A stretch of 32,000 bases of DNA from Desulfobulbus propionicus DSM 2032 (lineage in GTDB: Bacteria > Desulfobacterota > Desulfobulbia > Desulfobulbales > Desulfobulbaceae): positions 1,530,001 to 1,562,000 of the forward strand of contig NC_014972.1 in the NCBI RefSeq assembly GCF_000186885.1, in the 5' to 3' direction. Below, piece by piece: positions 25,090-32,000 of the stretch; within the stretch, counting starts at the first letter, position 1; each line of letters begins with the position of its first letter. Below the pieces are notes generated by a model. The model was given only the letters and a program-made list of their open reading frames with translations. It did no database searches and was not told the DNA's origin. Both the position numbers and the translations under genes were made by a program.

Positions 25090-27738
25090 ATGGAACTGCT
25101 GCCCTATCAACAACAGGTAATCCGCGACCTCGCCGATTTCTTGGCGGAGGTGGAACGACTGGGCGACCTGCGCCAGGCCTTTGCCCGGTACTGGCAGGAG
25201 CGCGGTATTGCCCGGCCGGAGGCCTATCGCGACACCATCAAGGGCGTGCCGCATCTGTGCATCAAGGTACCCACCGGCGGCGGCAAAACCTTCATCGCCG
25301 CCAATGCGATCAAAACCATCTTTGACGCCTTGAGCGTCTATGCCCGGCCGGTGCCCCGGGCCGTGGTCTGGCTGGTGCCGTCCAACGCCATCCTCGAACA
25401 GACCGAGCGGAGCCTGGGCAGCCCGCGCCACCCCTACCGCCGCAAGCTCGACACCCTGTTCAACGGCCGGGTGCGGGTGTACACCAAGGACGAGCTGTTG
25501 CAGGGCGCCGGGTTCAACCCCGCCAGCGTGCATGAACATCTCAATATTTTCGTGCTCAGTTACGCCTCGTTCCGCACCAGCAACAAGGAGGGCCGCAAAG
25601 CCTACCAGGAAAATACGTTCCTTGCTTCCTTCACCCATCGGATGCAGGCCGAAGAATGCCTGACCGGCGTCGATGAATCGGCCCTGATCAATGTCATCCG
25701 CGCCATGAACCCGGTCTGTATTGTCGACGAAAGCCACAATGCCGGTTCGATCTTGAGCAAGGAGATGCTCGCCAATTTCAACCCCAGCCTGATTCTCGAC
25801 CTCACCGCCACCCCGAGGACGGACAGCAATATCATCAGCTACGTCGATGCGGCGCAGCTCAAGACCTGTCACATGGTCAAGCTGCCGGTGATTGTCTACA
25901 ACCACCGCTCCAGCAAGGAGGTGATCGGCAACGCCATCCAGTTGCGCAACAGTTTGGAACAGCAGGCACGGACGGAACAACAGGCGGGCGGCGACTACAT
26001 CCGGCCGATTGTCCTCTTTCAGGCCGAATCGAATACCGGCGACGAAGACCGGACCACCTTTGACGACATCAGGAAACGGCTGATCCATCTGGGCATCAGC
26101 GAAGAAGAGATTGCGATAAAAACGGCAAATATCGACGAGCTCAAAGATATCAGCCTTCTTTCGCCCGAATGTTCCATCCGCTACATCATCACCGTCAATG
26201 CGCTCAAGGAAGGCTGGGACTGCCCCTTTGCCTATATTCTGGCCACCATCGCCAACCGCCATTCCCGAGTGGACGTGGAGCAGATTGTCGGCCGGGTCTT
26301 GCGGCAACCCTATGCCCGGCGTCAGCACAACAACCTGCTCAACAATTCGTACGTTCTGGCCTCTTCCGCTGATTTCATCACCACCCTGGACAGGATTGTC
26401 GCCGGACTCAATCAAGCCGGTTTTTCCAAAAAGGATATGCGGGCCACGGATATGGCAACCGTGGAAGCCGAACCACAGGGACATGCCCCCGCGCCCCGGC
26501 AGCAGGGCTTGTTCGATCCGCCGGTTGCCGATGGACAGCAGCCGGAGGTGAACAGTGCGGAGAGGGAAGCCGTCGAATGGCCGGACAGCCTGACAGGGTC
26601 CTCGGATTCCACTGTTGGGCTGGGCGAGGCGTCCGCCCCGGATACCGCTGTTCAGGCGATACTGGCCCAGGCGGACAAGGAAAGCAGGGCATACGAACAA
26701 CAGGCCGCGCAAAGCGCCGCTGAGACGGTTCCGCTGGAGGTGAGGGAAAAAATGAATATATTCGGCATGGTCGCCCAATTTGCCCCGCTTGCCGTCACTC
26801 TCCGTTTACCGCAGTTTTTCATCCGGGTTCCGGGGATGAGCCTGTTTGGCGACGGCGCGACTCTCCTCAACAAAGAAGAGCTGTTACAAGGGTATCGCCT
26901 TAGCCAGGCCGATAGCCGGATCGATTTTCAGGCAATCGAAGGGGAGGCGTACCGGATCGACTTGGAGGAAGTGGGCGAGCATGATTACAAACCCCGTTTC
27001 TGGAAACTCCAGCATGCAAGCCGGGAACGGCTGGCCGAGTATTTGGTGGCGTTGCCTCCCGAACCGCAAAAACGGGAAATTGTTCAACGGCTGTGTGGGT
27101 TGATCGGTAATATGCGGCCCTTTGGCGATCAGGAGATAAAAAAATACGTGCAACGAATTGTGGATGATATGCACCCGGACCACATCCATGAATGCCTGAA
27201 CCGCATACGTGAATATAGCTACCGCGACAAAATCAAGGAGAAGATAACGGCCCTGGCCACAGATCACGCGGAGACTGTTTTTTATCAGTGGCTGGCGGCG
27301 GACAGAATTGAGATGCAGGCAAGCTATGCCCTGCCCGAGTCGATTGCCCCAGTGGCCGTTGCCCCGGCTATTCCGGCAAGCCTGTATTCGTCCGAGGGGC
27401 AGCTCAATTCCTGGGAGGCAAAGGTGATCAACGAGGTCGCCAATCTGGACAACATCCTGTTTTGGCACAAGATCATCGAGCGCAAGGGGTTTTGTATCAA
27501 CGGCTGTATCAACCATTATCCCGATTTTCTGGTGCGCACCAAAAACGGCAAGACCCTGTTGATCGAGGCCAAGGGCGACGACCGGGACAACTCCGATTCC
27601 AGCCGTAAACTCAAACTCGGTCAGGCTTGGGCGAACAAGGCGGGCAACGATTTTCGCTACTTCATGGTGTTTGACACCAATCCCGTCGAGGGGGCCTACC
27701 GGCTCGATGCCCTGGTGCCGGTGATCGCCAACCTTTGA
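25090..27738 (+). CDS. res: Type III restriction enzyme, Res subunit (SF2 helicase plus C-terminal PD-(D/E)xK nuclease)
   Basis: - Helicase motif I: KVPTGGGKT.
- Motif II: IVDESHN.
- Motif III: LTATP.
- Motifs V/VI: NALKEGWDCPFAYIL and QIVGRVLRQP.
- C-terminal nuclease core: YPDFLV...LLIEAKG. Confidence 0.85.
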   Translation: MELLPYQQQVIRDLADFLAEVERLGDLRQAFARYWQERGIARPEAYRDTIKGVPHLCIKVPTGGGKTFIAANAIKTIFDALSVYARPVPRAVVWLVPSNAILEQTERSLGSPRHPYRRKLDTLFNGRVRVYTKDELLQGAGFNPASVHEHLNIFVLSYASFRTSNKEGRKAYQENTFLASFTHRMQAEECLTGVDESALINVIRAMNPVCIVDESHNAGSILSKEMLANFNPSLILDLTATPRTDSNIISYVDAAQLKTCHMVKLPVIVYNHRSSKEVIGNAIQLRNSLEQQARTEQQAGGDYIRPIVLFQAESNTGDEDRTTFDDIRKRLIHLGISEEEIAIKTANIDELKDISLLSPECSIRYIITVNALKEGWDCPFAYILATIANRHSRVDVEQIVGRVLRQPYARRQHNNLLNNSYVLASSADFITTLDRIVAGLNQAGFSKKDMRATDMATVEAEPQGHAPAPRQQGLFDPPVADGQQPEVNSAEREAVEWPDSLTGSSDSTVGLGEASAPDTAVQAILAQADKESRAYEQQAAQSAAETVPLEVREKMNIFGMVAQFAPLAVTLRLPQFFIRVPGMSLFGDGATLLNKEELLQGYRLSQADSRIDFQAIEGEAYRIDLEEVGEHDYKPRFWKLQHASRERLAEYLVALPPEPQKREIVQRLCGLIGNMRPFGDQEIKKYVQRIVDDMHPDHIHECLNRIREYSYRDKIKEKITALATDHAETVFYQWLAADRIEMQASYALPESIAPVAVAPAIPASLYSSEGQLNSWEAKVINEVANLDNILFWHKIIERKGFCINGCINHYPDFLVRTKNGKTLLIEAKGDDRDNSDSSRKLKLGQAWANKAGNDFRYFMVFDTNPVEGAYRLDALVPVIANL

Positions 27739-27859
27739 GCCTAGGTTTGCGGGTCGGGCGGGGTGTGCGCGGCACGCATACGGCTGATCACCCGGATCGT
27801 GCCTGAATCAATGCGTGAACTGGAGCTGCGGGAGGAGGGGGCAAAGGGGCGCACCGCCG

Positions 27860-28915
27860 TCAATCGGCGTGCAGGGTGACGGCAAAGCAGCTGAACAGGG
27901 CCCAAACGCGGTCGCCGATGGCCAGATCGAGCACCGCGCCGCCACTGGTGGACACCACGGCGCACAGCTCCGTGCCGTCCGCAAGGCGGAGCAGATATTC
28001 CGAGCTGACGGTTCCCCGGTTGATCCGCGCCACTTCGCCCTGAAAACAATTGTCGGCGCTGCATGCCGGCAGGTCCGTGCCGCCCTGGAGCACCACCCAG
28101 GGGGCCTTGACCTCGGCCGTGATCAGTTTGCCCGGCCGCAGACCTAACCGCTCCAGGCTTTCGAGGGTGATCAGGGTAGTCACCTGATAGCCGCCAAGGT
28201 TGACCAAAGTCACCCGCGCCTGGATATCGCCGCGTTGCACGTCGGTGATCTTGCCAAAGAAGGCATTTCTGGCGCTGGTTTTGCGGGTCGATTCCCGCTC
28301 CATGAACAGCTTGGTCACCCGTTGCAGTTCCTCGTCGGAAAACGAGACATGGGCCGTGGTCAGGTTGGGAGTTGAGTGGCCAAGCAGCTTCTGCACCGCC
28401 GGCAGGGGCATGTTGCCGCGCACCAGCTCCACCGCCCGCGCCCGGCGGATCATCTCCGGGCCGCCCAAGCGCTTGTCAAAGCCGCAGGCCTCGGCGCGCT
28501 CGTAGAATTTGCGGCGGACAAAGGCGGGGTCCACGCAAAAAAGTTTGTCCAAGGAACTGCGGAAATCCGGGTCCGCCAGGGTCTCCCTGATTTCCCGGCT
28601 CAACTGTGCGGAGATGGTGACGGAGCGTTGGCAGGGTTCCGCTCCATCGAGATCGCGGATGCACACGGTCTGTGCCTCGATGTCGGCAAACGGATCCAGG
28701 GCGAGGACCTCGCTCAGCTTGGCGCCGGTATAGCGGATGAGCAGGAACACCAGCAGGATCCGGCGGCGGGCGAGGCGGACGTCGCACCGCGGCGTCTCCT
28801 CGACCCAGCGGCGAAAGGACTGTTCCAGTTGGGCCAGCTGGACCGTGTCCAGGCAAGGCGATTGGTCGATGGGCACGGCACGCATGTCCTGCCCGGAGAG
28901 GGGTTGCTGCTTCAT
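27860..28915 (-). CDS. TunR-like molybdate/tungstate-responsive regulator: catalytically inactive tyrosine-recombinase-fold DNA-binding domain fused to tandem Mop (TOBE) domains
   Basis: - Recombinase-like box I: IRYTGAKLSEVLAL, with Lys where the catalytic Arg should be.
- Box II: EMIRRARAVELV...VQKLLGHSTPNLTTAHVSF, with no nucleophile Tyr.
- Mop domain 1: SARNAFFGKITDVQRGDIQARVTLVNLGG...ITAEVKAPWVVL.
- Mop domain 2: SADNCFQGEVARINRGTVSSEYLLRLADG...VWALFSCFAVTL.
- Start taken at MKQQPLSG (28915). An alternative ATG is at 28885. Confidence 0.7.
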   Translation of the reverse strand: MKQQPLSGQDMRAVPIDQSPCLDTVQLAQLEQSFRRWVEETPRCDVRLARRRILLVFLLIRYTGAKLSEVLALDPFADIEAQTVCIRDLDGAEPCQRSVTISAQLSREIRETLADPDFRSSLDKLFCVDPAFVRRKFYERAEACGFDKRLGGPEMIRRARAVELVRGNMPLPAVQKLLGHSTPNLTTAHVSFSDEELQRVTKLFMERESTRKTSARNAFFGKITDVQRGDIQARVTLVNLGGYQVTTLITLESLERLGLRPGKLITAEVKAPWVVLQGGTDLPACSADNCFQGEVARINRGTVSSEYLLRLADGTELCAVVSTSGGAVLDLAIGDRVWALFSCFAVTLHAD

Positions 28916-29072
28916 CTGGTTTGTTTCATGCGCTTGGTGCTGGCCGCCACGTTGCGGGAGCAGGGCGGATTGGCCAGACCGGAGCCGCGCCTGCCGCTGT
29001 CGGGGGGCTGGAGGCGAACCGTGGCCGGTGAGGAGGCCGTGGCGGTAAAAAAATGGGGATGCAAAATATCGC

Positions 29073-29453
29073 TCACAGATGTTCCTGATCAACCCAGTGT
29101 TGGAAGCGGTCCACCAACCGCCAAAAGTCACGGATCGCCTGTTTGCCCGCCTCGGTCAGCCAGGCCCCGCCACCCTGCCTGCCGCCGGCCTGCTTTTCCA
29201 CCAGGGGCTCGGGCGCGAGCGCGTTCATGTTCTCCACCAGGTGCCAGGCATGGCTGAAACTCATCTGCATCGATTTGGCGGCGGCGGACACCGAGCCGTA
29301 TTCATCGATCCGCTCAAGAAGAACGATCCGCCCCCAGGAGAGGTAGGTCTCGCCGTTGTTCTCGATCCATAGGCGGCCCTTGATCTGGACGCCGCTGCGC
29401 ATTCGGCCGGCGGCCATGGCGTTTTCTTCCTGGGATTTTTTTGCTTTGGGCAT
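29073..29453 (-). CDS. ModE N-terminal-domain-only winged-HTH protein (no Mop domains)
   Basis: LWIENNGETYLSWGRIVLLERIDEYGSVSAAAKSMQMSFSHAWHLVENMNALAPEPLVEKQAGGRQGGGAWLTEAGKQ aligns position-for-position with the E. coli ModE DNA-binding domain (RISLLKHIALSGSISQGAKDAGISYKSAWDAINEMN...ATGGKGGGGAVLT). The protein ends soon after this region. The start is uncertain (29453, 29417 or 29402). Confidence 0.7.
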   Translation of the reverse strand: MPKAKKSQEENAMAAGRMRSGVQIKGRLWIENNGETYLSWGRIVLLERIDEYGSVSAAAKSMQMSFSHAWHLVENMNALAPEPLVEKQAGGRQGGGAWLTEAGKQAIRDFWRLVDRFQHWVDQEHL

Positions 29454-29624
29454 GAATGATTGTGAAGGTAATGGAAAAGGTGGCCAGCCATCGTCACTGG
29501 TGTGCGCCCATAGTAGCGAGGCGACCGGAACCCCCGCAAGACCTAATACGATCGGCACATGCTTTCGTGGGAAATATTGACCATTATCATCATTTTCGTT
29601 GATCATTCTCATGAATTTTTTTTC

Positions 29625-29653
29625 TTGACTTTCCTTGGTTTGCCTTATAAATA
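29625..29653 (+). promoter_or_regulatory. Strong candidate sigma70 promoter for sat
   Basis: TTGACT (29625..29630) is followed by TATAAATA (29646..29653), which gives TATAAA at a 15-nt spacing or TAAATA at 17 nt. It is preceded by a T-run/AT-rich UP-like stretch. The implied leader is about 110 nt before the sat ATG. Confidence 0.5.
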
Positions 29654-29769
29654 TCCCGCATGACTGAATGCTGGTTCAGTTTTCCGTGTAGGACCAGATC
29701 CGGCAATCCTGTCCGGAATTTACGTAGGTTGAATGTTCTCACAAGAATAAAACCAGAGAGGAAAAAATT

Positions 29770-31050
29770 ATGAGTTCAAAATTGGTAGCGCCCCATGGCG
29801 GAAAAGGTCTTGTTTGTGCCCTGCTTGAAGGTGCCGCACGTGAAGCAGAGTTGAAGAAAGCCGCTGGATTGAAGCAGGTACAAGTCTCCGATCGCGCCAA
29901 GGGCGACCTGATCATGATGGGTATCGGCGGTTTCTCTCCGCTGAGCGGTTTCATGACCAAAGCTGACTGGAAAGGCGTTTGTGAGAATTTCCAGATGGCT
30001 GACGGCACCTTCTGGCCGGTACCGATCACCTTGGACGTTTCCGCTGCGGACGCTGCCGGCATCAACGTTGGCGACGAGATCGCTCTGGTTAACAAAGGCG
30101 AGACCTACGCAACCATGAAGGTCACCGAGAAATACGAGATGACCGAAGCCGACAAGCGTTGGGAGTGCGAGAAAGTATTCAAGGGCGAAGGCGAAGAGTC
30201 TGCTGACGATAAATTCTGGGAAGTCGCCCCCAAAGATCATCCCGGCGTTATCATGGTTCTGGCTCAGAAAGAGTTCAACCTGGCCGGTCCGGTTAAAGTA
30301 CTCTCCGAGGGTGAGTATCCGAAAGAGTATCCGGGTGTATACCTGAAACCTGCCGAGACCCGCGCTATGTTTGAAGAGCGTGGATGGGCCAACGTTGCCG
30401 CTCTCCAGCTGCGTAACCCGATGCATCGTTCCCACGAGTTCCTGGCCAAGATCGCCATCGAGGTTTGTGACGGCGTTCTGATCCACAGCTTGGTCGGTAA
30501 CCTGAAGCCCGGCGACATTCCTGCCGACGTGCGCGTTGAAGCCATCAAGATCCTGATCGACAACTATTTCGTCAAAGAGAACGTCATCAACGCTGGGTAT
30601 CCGCTTGACATGCGTTATGCCGGTCCTCGCGAAGGCCTGCTCCACGCCACCTTCCGTCAGAACTATGGTGTCAACAACATGCTGATCGGTCGTGACCACG
30701 CTGGCGTTGGTGACTTCTACGGCCTGTTCGAGGCACAGCAGATTTTTGATCGCATCCCCTACACCGGCGATCCTTCCAAAGACCTGCTCTGCAAGCCGAT
30801 GAAGATCGACTGGACCTTCTACTGCCACAAATGCGATGGTATGGCTTCTCTGCGTACCTGCCCGCATACCAAAGAGGATCGCGTCATCCTGTCCGGTACC
30901 AAACTGCGTAAGGCTCTCTCCGAGGGTCAGCCGGTTGTTGACCACTTCGGTCGCGAGGAAGTTCTGGTTCGCCTCCGCAAGTACTATGCCGGCCTGACCG
31001 AGAAGGTTGAGGTCAAGATGCAGGGTGCCGCTTCCGGCGCTGCCATGTAA
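29770..31050 (+). CDS. sat: Sulfate adenylyltransferase (ATP sulfurylase), homo-oligomeric dissimilatory/assimilatory type
   Basis: Diagnostic motifs are [13 protein letters not shown] and IGRDHAGVG, and the N-terminal PUA-like domain is present. Size is 426 aa. The RBS is GAGAGGA. Codon usage is visibly different from neighbouring genes, with T-ending ggt/cgt/gtt/gct codons. Confidence 0.95.
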   Translation: MSSKLVAPHGGKGLVCALLEGAAREAELKKAAGLKQVQVSDRAKGDLIMMGIGGFSPLSGFMTKADWKGVCENFQMADGTFWPVPITLDVSAADAAGINVGDEIALVNKGETYATMKVTEKYEMTEADKRWECEKVFKGEGEESADDKFWEVAPKDHPGVIMVLAQKEFNLAGPVKVLSEGEYPKEYPGVYLKPAETRAMFEERGWANVAALQLRNPMHRSHEFLAKIAIEVCDGVLIHSLVGNLKPGDIPADVRVEAIKILIDNYFVKENVINAGYPLDMRYAGPREGLLHATFRQNYGVNNMLIGRDHAGVGDFYGLFEAQQIFDRIPYTGDPSKDLLCKPMKIDWTFYCHKCDGMASLRTCPHTKEDRVILSGTKLRKALSEGQPVVDHFGREEVLVRLRKYYAGLTEKVEVKMQGAASGAAM

Positions 31051-31083
31051 GACCGTCTCAGTTCTCTGAGGCTCTGCATACGA

Positions 31084-31122
31084 AAGGAGATGTCGCCTTG
31101 GGCGGCATCTCCTTTTTTTATT
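31084..31122 (+). terminator. Rho-independent terminator of sat
   Basis: AAGGAGATGTCGCC-ttg-GGCGGCATCTCCTT forms about 13 bp with one G-U pair and is followed by TTTTTTTATT. It lies 34 nt after the sat stop. Confidence 0.8.
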
Positions 31123-31167
31123 GAAAAGAAGAGCGGGGCGCGGTACGGACGTCAAACGATTTTTCCT

Positions 31168-32000
31168 ATGAATTGCACAGGAAGCGAGGGCGGAGTGGAA
31201 GAGACGATTCAGGTAGGACTAGGCGAGAGGAGCTATCCCATTACCGTCGGCACGGGGGTGATGGAGCGGGTCGGGCCGATGCTGCGGGCAGGCAGATTTG
31301 CCAAACGTTACGGCATCATCAGTGACGATCGGGTGGCTGCTCTCTACGGTGCGCAGGTACAGGAATCCCTGCGGCAAGCGGGCATCGATAGTGAACTGAT
31401 CGTTTTTCCCCACGGCGAGGCGAGCAAGCATCTGGCGACCATCGGCACCCTGGCCAGCACGCTCGCCGAGCACGGGTTTGACCGTGGCGATGGCCTGTTG
31501 GCCCTGGGCGGGGGGGTGACCGGCGATATCACCGGATTTTTGGCCTCGATCTACATGCGCGGCATCCCGTTTGTCCAGGTGCCGACCTCCCTGTTGGCTC
31601 AGGTAGACAGTTCGGTGGGCGGGAAGACCGGTGTGGACATCCCTCAAGGAAAAAATCTGCTCGGCACCTTCTACCAGCCGCGGGCGGTGATCATCGACAC
31701 CCAGGTGCTGCACACCTTACCGCAGGAAGAATTTCGTGGCGGCATGGCTGAGGTGATCAAATACGGCGTTTCGATGGATGCCGATTTTTTCCACTGGCTT
31801 GATCGGCATCATTCAGCCATTCTCGCCCTAGAACCGGAGGTAATAGTGTCGATGATCCGCCGCTGTTGCGAGATGAAGGCCTCGGTGGTGGAACAGGACG
31901 AACGGGAAGGGGGGCTGCGCCGGATCCTCAATTTTGGCCATACCATTGGTCACGCGGTGGAAGCGGCCTCCGGCTATCGGCTGATTCATGGCTATGCGGT
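31168..32000 (+). CDS. aroB: 3-dehydroquinate synthase, 5' part (runs off the right edge)
   Basis: The translation gives ...IQVGLGERSYPITVG...LLALGGGVTGDITGFLASIYMRGIPFVQVPTSLLAQVDSSVGGKTGVD...GGMAEVIKYG...LNFGHTIGHAVE, the classic AroB motifs. It is absent from the track because no stop falls inside the window. The start is either ATG 31168 or in-frame GTG 31195, which has a GAGGG RBS. Confidence 0.85.
   Translation, partial: MNCTGSEGGVEETIQVGLGERSYPITVGTGVMERVGPMLRAGRFAKRYGIISDDRVAALYGAQVQESLRQAGIDSELIVFPHGEASKHLATIGTLASTLAEHGFDRGDGLLALGGGVTGDITGFLASIYMRGIPFVQVPTSLLAQVDSSVGGKTGVDIPQGKNLLGTFYQPRAVIIDTQVLHTLPQEEFRGGMAEVIKYGVSMDADFFHWLDRHHSAILALEPEVIVSMIRRCCEMKASVVEQDEREGGLRRILNFGHTIGHAVEAASGYRLIHGYA

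Noticed and set aside
24385-26778. 797-aa minus-strand ORF spanning the mod/res junction
   Set aside because: It is antisense to two genes with clear methyltransferase and helicase motifs, crosses their intergenic gap, and has a low-complexity composition.
16575-27738. queD/queE together with the Type III R-M as a 7-deazaguanine DNA-modification (dpd-like) defence system
   Set aside because: The two loci are about 5.9 kb apart, with a methyltransferase, comM and a histidine kinase between them. No tgt/dpdA-like transglycosylase or queC is present.
27860-28915. Integrase or mobile-element call for the recombinase-like gene next to the R-M system, which would imply a mobile defence island
   Set aside because: The catalytic Arg (box I) is Lys, the first box II His is Glu and the Tyr nucleophile is missing. 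The domain is fused to two Mop domains and sits beside a ModE-type gene. It is a regulator, not a functional integrase. No att-like repeats or tRNA gene were seen.
29776-31155. 459-aa minus-strand ORF antisense to sat
   Set aside because: sat is unambiguous on the plus strand. The antisense product has no recognisable features and runs through the sat terminator.
1-32000. Scan for CRISPR arrays, tRNA/rRNA genes, IS elements and tandem repeats
   Set aside because: No regularly spaced direct repeats, cloverleaf-like GC-rich 75-nt units in spacers, rRNA-like stretches or transposase-like ORFs were seen by eye. A tRNAscan/Infernal run would be needed to exclude small RNAs formally.

Overview
High-GC (roughly 60%) chromosomal window, gene content typical of a sulfate-reducing or sulfur-cycling Desulfobacterota (deltaproteobacterial) genome; the taxon is an inference only. 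CDS coordinates include the stop codon, as in the ORF track.

Gene order:
- 1..134 (-): 5' end of a membrane-protein gene.
- 333..10778 (-): a seven-gene minus-strand operon, korD-korA-korB-korC (four-subunit 2-oxoacid:ferredoxin oxidoreductase) joined by overlapping stop/start codons to three heterodisulfide-reductase-like genes. These are a 1126-aa HdrA/GltD(NfnB)-like fusion (HdrL-like), an MvhD-HdrC-HdrB fusion, and an HdrA-MvhD fusion.
- 11274..22586: TSUP/TauE permease, secreted TIM-barrel glycosidase-like protein, CoA-disulfide-reductase/NADH-oxidase family flavoprotein, nucleotide-sugar dehydrogenase, queE, queD, a TrmN6-like methyltransferase, comM/yifB, and a hybrid PAS histidine kinase.
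- 22948..27738: small HTH/Zn-ribbon regulator followed by a Type III restriction-modification pair (mod, res).
- 27860..29453 (-): a molybdate/tungstate-sensor pair, namely a ModE-N-terminal-only HTH protein and a TunR-like protein (inactivated tyrosine-recombinase fold plus two Mop domains).
- 29770..32000 (+): sat (ATP sulfurylase) and the 5' part of aroB.

Main findings:
- The HdrA-MvhD gene is split in the ORF track by an in-frame TGA that sits exactly at a conserved Cys position. I read it as selenocysteine, with a SECIS-like hairpin just downstream.
- The kor-hdr genes are translationally coupled, which suggests a ferredoxin/NAD(P)H/disulfide electron-bifurcation module.
- The Mo/W-sensing regulator pair lies divergent from sat.

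I found no rRNA, tRNA, CRISPR array, transposase or functional integrase. The many long antisense or alternative-frame ORFs in the track are GC-driven artefacts.
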